Assembly: GCA_028344675.1 (NCBI GenBank)
Contig: JAOMBT010000003.1
Coordinates: 288-64,287 of the forward strand
Direction of reading: 5' to 3'
DNA from: Acidimicrobiaceae bacterium
GTDB taxonomy: Bacteria; Actinomycetota; Acidimicrobiia; Actinomarinales; Actinomarinaceae
Length of the DNA stretch: 64,000 nucleotides
In this document: positions 1 through 8,228 of the stretch, piece after piece
How positions within the stretch are numbered: position 1 is the first letter of the stretch
Layout: each line of letters begins with the position of its first letter
The notes under the pieces: generated by a model
Told to the model about the DNA's origin: nothing
The model's database searches: none
Seen by the model: the letters and a program-made list of their open reading frames with translations, nothing else
Position numbers and translations under genes: made by a program

Positions 1-165
1 TTTTACTACAGTCATATCTATTTCATTATTTGACATTACTTCCACTAATTTATTGTCTATGTTTACAGATACATTTTCAACAGAATCGATAGTATTAATA
101 GCGGCTTCAATTGTTTCTTTACAATGTCCACAACTAATTTCAGGTACAGTAAATTTTGTTTTCAT
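1..165 (-). CDS. Heavy-metal-associated (HMA) domain protein, CopZ-like; C-terminus runs off the window
   Basis: Not in the ORF track because the window edge truncates it. Reverse-strand translation from the ATG at 165-163 gives MKTKFTVPEISCGHCKETIEAAINTIDSVENVSVNIDNKLVEVMSNNEIDMTVVK. This carries the CxxC metal-binding loop (SCGHC) typical of HMA/CopZ domains. Confidence 0.7.
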   Translation of the reverse strand, partial: MKTKFTVPEISCGHCKETIEAAINTIDSVENVSVNIDNKLVEVMSNNEIDMTVVK

Positions 166-198
166 GACTTTATAGTAATATTGGTAAATTTATAAAAT

Positions 199-220
199 AA
201 GCCCCTATAAATAGGGGCTT
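199..220 (-). terminator. Rho-independent terminator downstream of the 266..460 gene
   Basis: Perfect hairpin AAGCCCCTAT-AA-ATAGGGGCTT. On the minus strand it is followed by a T-rich tract (ATTTTAT). It lies between the stop of the 64-aa gene and the start of the HMA gene. Confidence 0.75.
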
Positions 221-265
221 ATAGGAAACCTCTTGGGGGAGATTTCATTAGGGGGGTATTAAAAC

Positions 266-460
266 TTATGCAGTTTCTTGTAAAATTCTTCCTCTTACTC
301 TTGGATATTTCACAGGAGCGTGGTTGAAGCAGTGATCTCTCTTATTATAAATACTTAATTTAGTGCTACAAGATTCGTCCTTGCACACTCTTCCTTGGTC
401 AAAACTTTTAGAAGGCCTAATGCCACCTTTAATTTGACTTGCTTTTAGTCCGTCTGTCAT
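266..460 (-). CDS. Small (64 aa) Cys-x4-Cys...Cys-x2-His putative zinc-binding protein, uncharacterised; paralog of 25041..25241
   Basis: ORF track. Motifs GRVCKDESC and HCFNHAPVKYPRVRG are shared nearly position-for-position with the 66-aa ORF at 25041..25241. An AAGGA Shine-Dalgarno lies just upstream of the ATG. Confidence 0.7.
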   Translation of the reverse strand: MTDGLKASQIKGGIRPSKSFDQGRVCKDESCSTKLSIYNKRDHCFNHAPVKYPRVRGRILQETA

Positions 461-478
461 TTTATTCCTTTATATACT

Positions 479-496
479 TTGTGAATATATTCACAA
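479..496. promoter_or_regulatory. Perfect 18-bp palindrome TTGTGAATATATTCACAA, a CRP/FNR(GlxR)-type TGTGA-N6-TCACA site
   Basis: Read directly from the sequence. It is centred about 27 bp upstream of the ATG at 460, inside the only intergenic space available for that gene's promoter. Confidence 0.55.
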
Positions 497-560
497 GCTT
501 AGCATCTTCATTTAAGATAGCAAATTTAATTTATTAAGTTTTCTATTTTAGATAGTAGAT

Positions 561-2459
561 TCAATTTATCAAGTTTTTTTGAAATAAAAATGCTTCATCA
601 TTCCACCCTCTGCCTAAGAAGTTTTTTACCATTAACTCAGCAGAGATAGTACCACCTGGCTTCAATATTTTATTTTTATACTCAACCCCAACAGAATTAG
701 ACAAAACACCTTCATTTTCAAATCTACTAAACATATCATCACCAATAATTTCAGCCCACAAGTAACCGTAGTATGCAGCATCATACCCACCTAGCAGATG
801 TCCAAATGCTGGAAGATGATTTGTGTCATTTGGATAATTAATATTTGTTACTTCCTGTGATATTCTTTCAATATCATTCAGAGAGTCATTAAAATCTTCT
901 CCATGCAAGTGTTGGTCAGCTAAACCAAAAGACACCTGTCGTAAGGCAAGAAGGCTAGCACCAATATTTTTTGAACTGTTCAGCTTTTCACAGATATCTT
1001 CTGACAAGGCTTTACCCGTTTCAATATGTCGTGAAATTTTCTTTAAGCATGCAACTTTCCAAACCCAGTGTTCCATAATTTGGCTAGGTGCCTCTACAAA
1101 ATCCCATTCACAGTTAGCACCAACAAATCTTGTATATTTAGATTTTCCAATCCCATTGTGTAAAACATGGCCGAATTCATGAAATAAAGTTTCTACTTCA
1201 TCAAATGTCATCAGTCCGTCTCCTGTATTAGGATTTGGAAAATTTGCAACCATGGAACAAACTGGCAACTCTTGTCTTACAGATCCCCCTGAAGATATAT
1301 CGAACACTGCTGCATGTGTATACTTACCTTCTCTTGGATATAGATCTAGGTAAAAATATGCTAATTGTTCACCACCCTTCTCCCATAAAGACCATAGTTC
1401 TACGTCTTCATGCCAGGCAGATTCACTTGACTCAGGTTTAATTTCTAAATCAAAAACTTCTTCACAAACTTTAAACATTTCAATTTTTACATCGTGTATG
1501 AAAAAATATTTTTTTAGTTCGCTGTTTTCAATATTGCTGACTTTACTTCGTTCAGAGGAAATAAAATACCTAATATCCCATGGTGCAATTTCTTCTATCG
1601 CAATATCATCAATAACGAGTTCCTTCTTTTCTAATTCAGCAGCTTTGTGTAGTTTAGGAATTAAGTCGTCATACATAGCTTTAACATTTTTTGGAGATTT
1701 AGCCATTCTATTCTGTAGTCTGTAATCTGCCCATGTCTTAAATCCAAATAAGCCAGCCTTCTCATTTCTTAATACAACAGCTTCTTTAAGAATCCGACTA
1801 TTTTCATTAACAGCCCTATTGTTAAATGCTTTCCATGTAGTTTCTCTAGTTTTTCTTACAGTACAGTTTTCTGTTACTGCATTTATATCTGGATAAGCCA
1901 TTGTTATAACAAATTTTTCACCACTTTTACTTAAGTTCGTGAGTTCATTTTTACTTAGCCCCCTCAGTTCATCTTTAGAAAATTGAAGCTCTGTCTTATC
2001 TTTAGCGATATTTTCTGAAAACAATATCCCTAGCTCTATTAGTTTTTTATCAATTTCTGATAATCTATTTTTCTTATCATGTTCAAGACCATGACCGGCA
2101 TCATTAAAATCTATTTCAAGATCTTTACGAAATTCAACTTCCTCAATGTCTGAAATATCAATTTTTATTTCATTAAATTTTTTATAAATATCTAAATCAT
2201 TAAAAATCTGTAATGCATAATTTTGTATTTCGGCATCTGCTATATTTCCAAATTCCCTAATTTTTTCATCTGGGTGAACATCTCCAAGAAAAGCTATCCT
2301 TCCAGAAAGGTCATATACAGCACTTTCTAATTCATTAAAATGACTCAAACTGACATTTTTTAAAGTCTTAATATTATCAACTAGTGAATTACATTCATTG
2401 ATACTTAGCTCTAAATCCTTTTTTAGGTTTTCTAGATTTACATTTGAATAGTTAAACAT
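561..2459 (-). CDS. M3 family zinc oligopeptidase (thimet oligopeptidase / Dcp-like)
   Basis: 632-aa ORF with the HExxH zinc motif in TLFHEFGHVLH. Length and C-terminal region are typical of peptidase family M3. Confidence 0.85.
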   Translation of the reverse strand: MFNYSNVNLENLKKDLELSINECNSLVDNIKTLKNVSLSHFNELESAVYDLSGRIAFLGDVHPDEKIREFGNIADAEIQNYALQIFNDLDIYKKFNEIKIDISDIEEVEFRKDLEIDFNDAGHGLEHDKKNRLSEIDKKLIELGILFSENIAKDKTELQFSKDELRGLSKNELTNLSKSGEKFVITMAYPDINAVTENCTVRKTRETTWKAFNNRAVNENSRILKEAVVLRNEKAGLFGFKTWADYRLQNRMAKSPKNVKAMYDDLIPKLHKAAELEKKELVIDDIAIEEIAPWDIRYFISSERSKVSNIENSELKKYFFIHDVKIEMFKVCEEVFDLEIKPESSESAWHEDVELWSLWEKGGEQLAYFYLDLYPREGKYTHAAVFDISSGGSVRQELPVCSMVANFPNPNTGDGLMTFDEVETLFHEFGHVLHNGIGKSKYTRFVGANCEWDFVEAPSQIMEHWVWKVACLKKISRHIETGKALSEDICEKLNSSKNIGASLLALRQVSFGLADQHLHGEDFNDSLNDIERISQEVTNINYPNDTNHLPAFGHLLGGYDAAYYGYLWAEIIGDDMFSRFENEGVLSNSVGVEYKNKILKPGGTISAELMVKNFLGRGWNDEAFLFQKNLIN

Positions 2460-2496
2460 CCAACTCCTTTAACTTTTTATATGATACTATTTAGAT

Positions 2497-2733
2497 ATGG
2501 ATATCAAACTTGAATTTTGTGTAGTTTGAAACTACACCCCTCGTGCAGTTAGTACGATTGAAGATATTTTAGAAAAATATGGAAACACGGTTGAATCAAT
2601 TAATTTGATTCCAAGTGGTGGTGGAGTATTTGAATTTCAATTAAATGGAAAATTACTTTTTTCAAAAAAAGAATTAGGAAGACACTCTGAAGATGGAGAA
2701 ATTCTAAAGTTAATTGAAGAATCACTTAGTTGA
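2497..2733 (+). CDS. SelW/SelT/SelH (Rdx) family selenoprotein with a CxxU redox motif; in-frame UGA (Sec) at 2527..2529
   Basis: Absent from the ORF track because of the in-frame TGA. Manual translation: MDIKLEFCVV-U-NYTPRAVSTIEDILEKYGNTVESINLIPSGGGVFEFQLNGKLLFSKKELGRHSEDGEILKLIEESLS. This matches the Rdx-fold pattern: CxxU near the N-terminus, P-x-GGG-x-FE, and S-K-x3-GR-x-P/S-E. Confidence 0.85.
2519..2537 (+). promoter_or_regulatory. Perfect 8-bp hairpin GTGTAGTT-TGA-AACTACAC with the Sec UGA codon in the loop (candidate recoding/SECIS-related structure)
   Basis: The inverted repeat was read directly. An alternative overlapping downstream hairpin (ACTACAC...GTG...TAGT, about 2531..2553) is also possible. 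Confidence 0.5.
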
Positions 2734-3464
2734 CCTTTCCATTTGAGTTAACTTTATTTGAAGTAATTTTTATTGCTTCACTACTATTCATTAGCTCCGC
2801 AGTACAAGGTGTTCTTGGATTTGGCTTTGCGGTAATTGCTTCTCCCATAATTGTTCAAATTGAACCTAGCTTGGTTCCTCAATTGTTATCTTTACTAGGT
2901 TTTCCATTAGCAATCAGAGTATTTTATCGGGAGAAGGAAGAAGTTGACCTTTCTAAAGTAAAACCACTTATTATTGGCAGGTTAGTTGGTGGACCAATTG
3001 GGCTTTTTTTACTTTTAAATCTATCAGAAAAGTACTTGTCAATCGCAGTGGGATTTATAGTTTTCATAGCTGGTATAGGTTCTTTTTTTGGTTGGGTTAT
3101 AAACAGAAATATCTTCAATTCCTTTCTTGCAGGAACTTTTTCAGGTGTATTTGGAATGGTTGCAGCAATTGGTGGCCCTCCTGTTGCATTGCTGTACAGG
3201 AACACTAAATCTCAAGAATTTCGTCCATCTCTAAATAGTGTTTTCAGTATAGGTATTGTTATAACCCTCTTGCTTTTATTATTCAGCGGTAATTTACTAA
3301 GGGACCATTTTTTACTTTTTATTATTTTTCTTCCATTTGTCTTAATTGGACTTAGGGTTTCTAGCACCCTTTTCTCTAAAGTTTCTGATAAATTCATATC
3401 TCATGCAGTAACTTATTTCTCATTACTATCTGGACTATATGTAATTTTGAGAAACATAAATTAG
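2730..3464 (+). CDS. TSUP family (TauE/SafE-like) anion exporter membrane protein
   Basis: 244-aa polytopic membrane ORF with the two-repeat architecture and Gly-rich helices typical of TauE/SafE. Its TTG start overlaps the TGA stop of the Rdx gene (TTGA). Confidence 0.7.
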   Translation: MTFPFELTLFEVIFIASLLFISSAVQGVLGFGFAVIASPIIVQIEPSLVPQLLSLLGFPLAIRVFYREKEEVDLSKVKPLIIGRLVGGPIGLFLLLNLSEKYLSIAVGFIVFIAGIGSFFGWVINRNIFNSFLAGTFSGVFGMVAAIGGPPVALLYRNTKSQEFRPSLNSVFSIGIVITLLLLLFSGNLLRDHFLLFIIFLPFVLIGLRVSSTLFSKVSDKFISHAVTYFSLLSGLYVILRNIN

Positions 3465-3501
3465 TTTATTTCAATAAAAGGAATTATTAACATATAAGCA
3501 T

Positions 3502-5013
3502 ATGTTTATAAACGCCACTATTGCGGGCTTACTTTATTTCTTAAGCTTCCCTCCATATGATTTATGGTATTTAATTTTTCCAGCACTTTATTTTTTTTAT
3601 TATGCATTGCTATCAAAAGAAAAATCTTTTCTAACAGGATTTATCTTTGGGTGTATTGCATATGGTGTAATTTTATTAGGAATTCAATCAATAGGATTTG
3701 AAGCTTGGATTCCACTTACAATTTTAATGGGATTTATGTACGGATTATTCGCAAAACTATTTTCCTATTTAAATTCAAAATCTGAAAACAATTTCTATGT
3801 TTCATTATCAGTTATTGCAATTTTTGATTTACTAAGAGCATATTTTCCATTTGGCGGCTTCCCTTGGGGTTTCCCCTCAACAGTTTTATTAACCAACCCT
3901 GTAGACAGTTTTATTATGACAAATGCTCGTTTATCTTTCGAAGGTTTTGGGCCAACGGGATCTTCTCTTTTATTACAATCCCTTCCTCTAATAATTGCAC
4001 TTAGGGTTTTTTCAAAAAACAAAGAAAAAAATTATTTTAAAAATTATATAATATTTTCATTAGTAGTTTTTTTAATATACGTTTTTAGTCTTGTAATCAT
4101 TGATTTTAATTATCAGGATGTGAAAACAGAAACATCAGAACTAAACATTGCAATCGTTCAAGGAAATAGTCCATGTCCTGGTGCAAAAAACAGATGCAGC
4201 AATGAAAGACAAAAAATCTACGATAGCCACTTAACCAAAACACAATCTCTTGAAGGAAATTTTGATTTAGTAGTTTGGCCTGAGAGCTCAACAGGATTTA
4301 ACAACGATCCTGGAATACATAGTAGAGTTCAAAACGATATTTCTACTGAAGCTTTGAGATTAGATTCCTATTTTTTAATCGGTGGAGACAGACCTATACA
4401 AAAAGAATATTTTGAAAATTATGGAATCTTTATTAACAAAAACGGTGAAATTGTAGATCAATATTTAAAACAGCATCCCGTTCCCTTTGGTGAGTATATT
4501 CCATTTAGAAAATTTTTAGATTGGATTCCTCCATTAGCATTAGTTCCACGCGACATGATTAGGGGAGATGGTCAAAAAATATTTATGGTAAACAATACAA
4601 AAATTTCAACTGTAATTTCATTTGAAGGATCGTTCCAAAGATACATCAGAAACAGTGTTCAGGATGGTGCAGAATTAGTTGTAATACTTACTAACCAAGC
4701 AAGTTATGGAGAAAGCGGTATGTCAGATCAATTTATATTAATGTCCAGGGCAAATGCAATTTCAAATGGAAGACCAATCGTACATGCAGCAATAACTGGT
4801 AAATCAGCATTTATTGATCACAATGGAAAAGTGATTTCCAAAACTGAATTATTTGAAACACAAATACTGACTGAAAAACTTGAGATGAAACAGACAGAAA
4901 CCCCATACAGTAAATATGGTAACTATTTAAATTATATTTTTATAGTATTTGGAGCTGTCACTCTTTTGTGGCCAAAGAATATGTTTAAGAATTTTAGAAA
5001 AACTTATCTGTAA
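3502..5013 (+). CDS. lnt: Apolipoprotein N-acyltransferase (Lnt) homolog; the catalytic Cys position is Ser
   Basis: 503 aa with an N-terminal multi-TM domain and a C-terminal CN-hydrolase domain. The Glu motif (VVWPESS) and Lys motif (YLKQHPVPFGEYIP) are conserved. The xICxE nucleophile motif reads VISFE (TCA codon at 4618..4620). Confidence 0.75.
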   Translation: MFINATIAGLLYFLSFPPYDLWYLIFPALYFFYYALLSKEKSFLTGFIFGCIAYGVILLGIQSIGFEAWIPLTILMGFMYGLFAKLFSYLNSKSENNFYVSLSVIAIFDLLRAYFPFGGFPWGFPSTVLLTNPVDSFIMTNARLSFEGFGPTGSSLLLQSLPLIIALRVFSKNKEKNYFKNYIIFSLVVFLIYVFSLVIIDFNYQDVKTETSELNIAIVQGNSPCPGAKNRCSNERQKIYDSHLTKTQSLEGNFDLVVWPESSTGFNNDPGIHSRVQNDISTEALRLDSYFLIGGDRPIQKEYFENYGIFINKNGEIVDQYLKQHPVPFGEYIPFRKFLDWIPPLALVPRDMIRGDGQKIFMVNNTKISTVISFEGSFQRYIRNSVQDGAELVVILTNQASYGESGMSDQFILMSRANAISNGRPIVHAAITGKSAFIDHNGKVISKTELFETQILTEKLEMKQTETPYSKYGNYLNYIFIVFGAVTLLWPKNMFKNFRKTYL

Positions 5014-5039
5014 AATCTATGAAACTTTTAGGAATTAAT

Positions 5040-6251
5040 TTATATTTCTGAATTAATTATTGGTAAGCCTCTTGCAGCAGCAGCCTCCACTGTACCGTCT
5101 TGAAATGCTCTTAGTCCAAACTTTGGTAACACTGCAAATATATGGTCAAATATATCAGATTGTATACCTTCGTATTCAACCCAATCAATTGTATTTGTAA
5201 AGGTATATAACTCTATAGGAACTCCTGTGGCAGTTGGTGAAAGTTGCCTTACCAATAAAGTCATGGTTTCTGTATTGAGACCATCATGATTTTGTAAATA
5301 CTTAACTAGATATGCTCTAAAAGTTCCAAGGTTCGTGAGTTTTCTTTCCTCTTTTTCTTCATCAACAGAAGTGTTAAATTTTTCAATATCTTTTATTTTT
5401 TCGGAGAGATATTTATTTACAGTTGGGATTTCCATTAGCTTGTCAATATCTTTTTGCTCCATAAATCTTACACTTGATATATCTATAGAGATAGATCTTT
5501 TAATTCTCCTACCTCCATACTCTGACATTCCTCTCCAGTTTTTTACTGATGTGGTTACGATCTTTGATGTAGGAATTGTTGTGATAGTCTTATCCCAGTT
5601 TTGCACCTTAACCGTGTGTAAGGCAATATCTATAACATCACCATCAGCACCATATTCTGGTACCTCTATCCAGTCTCCATTATTAATAATGTTATTCTGG
5701 CCAATTTGTACGGATGCTATAAATGACAAGATTGTGTCCTGGAAAACCAACAATAGAACTGCTGTAAGGGCACCTAGACCACTTATGTAATAACTAACCG
5801 GTTGCCCAGTCATTATTGCAAAAATAATTATGAATATGAAAGAGTTTACAACAATTTTAATAATCTGAACGTAGCCCTTAATTGGCTTACTTTTTAGTGA
5901 TTTGATATTTTCTGAAACCTTATTTAACACATTCAACATTTCAAGAAGAGTAAGGCCAACGAATAAGGTTAAAAGCGCACTAGAAACTCTTTTAGAAATT
6001 TCTGTATTAAATATTTCTAAATTGAACTGGGGGGTCGCAATTAAAAAATTAAATAAAACAAGAACGAATACATAAGAAACTCTATTTAAAAATTTTTTAT
6101 CTAAAAACAGGTCGTCTATGTATGTACTTGTTTTACTAGCACCACGTTTAATTATTGGAAAAACTACTGATCGTATTATTAGGTAGGAAGCAATAAGAAT
6201 TCCCACTAAATAGGCGACTATAAGTAAGTCTGATGCTGTTAAATTATTCAT
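5040..6251 (-). CDS. Mechanosensitive ion channel (MscS family)
   Basis: 403 aa with N-terminal TM helices followed by an MscS beta-domain-like region (GDWIEV...GDVIDIALHTVKVQNWDKTITTIPTSK). Confidence 0.8.
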   Translation of the reverse strand: MNNLTASDLLIVAYLVGILIASYLIIRSVVFPIIKRGASKTSTYIDDLFLDKKFLNRVSYVFVLVLFNFLIATPQFNLEIFNTEISKRVSSALLTLFVGLTLLEMLNVLNKVSENIKSLKSKPIKGYVQIIKIVVNSFIFIIIFAIMTGQPVSYYISGLGALTAVLLLVFQDTILSFIASVQIGQNNIINNGDWIEVPEYGADGDVIDIALHTVKVQNWDKTITTIPTSKIVTTSVKNWRGMSEYGGRRIKRSISIDISSVRFMEQKDIDKLMEIPTVNKYLSEKIKDIEKFNTSVDEEKEERKLTNLGTFRAYLVKYLQNHDGLNTETMTLLVRQLSPTATGVPIELYTFTNTIDWVEYEGIQSDIFDHIFAVLPKFGLRAFQDGTVEAAAARGLPIINSEI

Positions 6252-6265
6252 ACATTAATCCTACT

Positions 6266-7006
6266 CTAAAAACCTTTTTGTTGACTTGTCCATGGGGCTG
6301 GTATGTCATTTATAAACTCATTAACACTTGGACCACTCAAAGACTGAAGTTTATTTTGTCCAATGATATAAGTAATGACTAATAAAATTAATGTAGTCTG
6401 ATTTGAGGATAAAAGTTTAATTGTTACAAGTATTTCAGGGGAATTGAAAAAGATTATTTGCAGACCACCTTTTATAAATAAATATAAAGTCCAAATTATT
6501 GCAACTCTTGTATACGCTGGACGAACAAGTTCATGCAGGTACCATTCCTGGGGCCATTTTCTAATTGCTTTAGAACTATAAATAGTAAATGGTTTCTTAA
6601 TTATTATTGAAACAAAACCAACAACAGCAATTGAAATATCCCTAACGATTCCAGGAATAAAAAAACCCGACGCACTTCCTTGAACTCTTGCCAGAAGAAG
6701 AGCTACTAATGTTCCTACTAATCCGTAGAATACAAATTTTAAATCTTGCTTTCTTAGAAGACGATAAAGAAATAAAAGTAGTAACAAAATACCCGTATAT
6801 AAAATTGCCTGATTAAGAGTTGTAAAATTATTGGTTACTACGAAAAAGATTGGGGCAACTACAGAATCAAAAATTCCTTCTTGATTAAAATTTAATTCTT
6901 TTAATTCTTCTTTGATTTCTAAATATTTTGTATAAAATTTTCTCAATTTATTTGAACTTATTATTAAAGGATTCTTCATCATTTGAGAGCGAAGTTTCTT
7001 CTTCAA
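6266..7006 (-). CDS. Integral membrane protein, DUF3159-like
   Basis: 246-aa ORF with several TM helices and a GSASGFFIPGI segment resembling actinobacterial DUF3159 proteins. The annotated start overlaps the purB 3' end by 59 nt, so the true start is uncertain. Confidence 0.5.
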   Translation of the reverse strand: MKKKLRSQMMKNPLIISSNKLRKFYTKYLEIKEELKELNFNQEGIFDSVVAPIFFVVTNNFTTLNQAILYTGILLLLLFLYRLLRKQDLKFVFYGLVGTLVALLLARVQGSASGFFIPGIVRDISIAVVGFVSIIIKKPFTIYSSKAIRKWPQEWYLHELVRPAYTRVAIIWTLYLFIKGGLQIIFFNSPEILVTIKLLSSNQTTLILLVITYIIGQNKLQSLSGPSVNEFINDIPAPWTSQQKGF

Positions 7007-8228
7007 TAAAATCTATAATTAAACTTGAATCAATCTTAAATTTTTTAGAGAGTTTTGTCACAATCTCTTTAGTTGAAAAATTTTCAAATGTTAGATCCTG
7101 AACCGACCTATATGCTTCATCTCTATCAATATCATTTTTTACTAAGGCTGAAAGAATTTTCTGACTGTTTAATTTATCTGCTGCATGACTTAGGTTTTTT
7201 TCTATAGCTTTGTAGTTTATATGAAGACCATCAAAAATTGATATTAAATCTTTAGTCATAAAACAAATTAAGTTAAAAGTATCTGGAAGGATAATTCTTT
7301 CAACGGAGGAATTAGAGATATCTCTTTCATGCCAGAGAACTATATTTTCCATACTGCTTAACGCATAACCCCTAACAACCCTTGCTAATCCCGTAATTCT
7401 TTCACTTGCTATGGGATTCTTTTTATGAGGCATAGCTGATGAACCTTTTTGTCCTTCTTTGAAAGGTTCACTTAGTTCTGAAATCTCAGATCGTTGGTAA
7501 CCCCTAATATTTGTCGCAACTCTTTCAAAACTACTAGCAAGAATTGCAAGACTTGTGATAATTTCTGCATATCTATCTCTTGCTACGACTTGGCTTGCGA
7601 AGATTTCAGCTTCTAGTCCAAGTTTATTAAGAGTTGTTTTCTCAATATCTTCATCTACTACAGTATGGTTTCCAACTGGTCCACTAAGTTTTCCAATAGA
7701 AATAGTTTTTATACCCTCTTCTAAGCGCTCCTTGTTTCTTTTTATTTCTTGGTGCCAGTTACCAAAAATATTTCCCAAAAAAGTTGTTTCGGCAAAAACG
7801 CCATGAGTTCTGCCAACTATAGGTGTGTTCATCTCCTGTTTAGCCTTGGCCTCAATCTGTATTAAAAGTTCATCTAGTAGTTCAATGGTTATAGATAAGG
7901 ACTGTTTAATTAATAAGCTATTTGCTGTGTCAACTACATCTGAGCTTGTAAGACCATAGTGGATCCAATTTGAATTGTCACCAATTTTGGATTGAAGTAC
8001 ATCTACAAATGAAGCTAAATCATGATTGGTGATTTTCTCTCTTTTATATACTTCATCCTTTAAAACCTCCGTTTGTTCAACGGCCTCAGCTATTCCACTT
8101 GGTGAAATATTACTTTCTTCCAATGTTTCAAGGTATTTTTGTTCTACAAGTTTCCAGGTATCAAATTTATTTTGATCATTCCAAATTTTTTCTATTTCTG
8201 GGTACTGGTATCTTTCAATCATAATCAA
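6948..8228 (-). CDS. purB: Adenylosuccinate lyase
   Basis: 426 aa with the fumarate-lyase signature GSSAMPHKKNP. Adjacent to purA. Confidence 0.9.
   Translation of the reverse strand: MIMIERYQYPEIEKIWNDQNKFDTWKLVEQKYLETLEESNISPSGIAEAVEQTEVLKDEVYKREKITNHDLASFVDVLQSKIGDNSNWIHYGLTSSDVVDTANSLLIKQSLSITIELLDELLIQIEAKAKQEMNTPIVGRTHGVFAETTFLGNIFGNWHQEIKRNKERLEEGIKTISIGKLSGPVGNHTVVDEDIEKTTLNKLGLEAEIFASQVVARDRYAEIITSLAILASSFERVATNIRGYQRSEISELSEPFKEGQKGSSAMPHKKNPIASERITGLARVVRGYALSSMENIVLWHERDISNSSVERIILPDTFNLICFMTKDLISIFDGLHINYKAIEKNLSHAADKLNSQKILSALVKNDIDRDEAYRSVQDLTFENFSTKEIVTKLSKKFKIDSSLIIDFIEEETSLSNDEESFNNKFK

Noticed and set aside
4618-4620. Possibility that the Lnt catalytic position is a recoded Sec codon
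   Set aside because: The codon is TCA (Ser), not TGA, and the ORF is uninterrupted.
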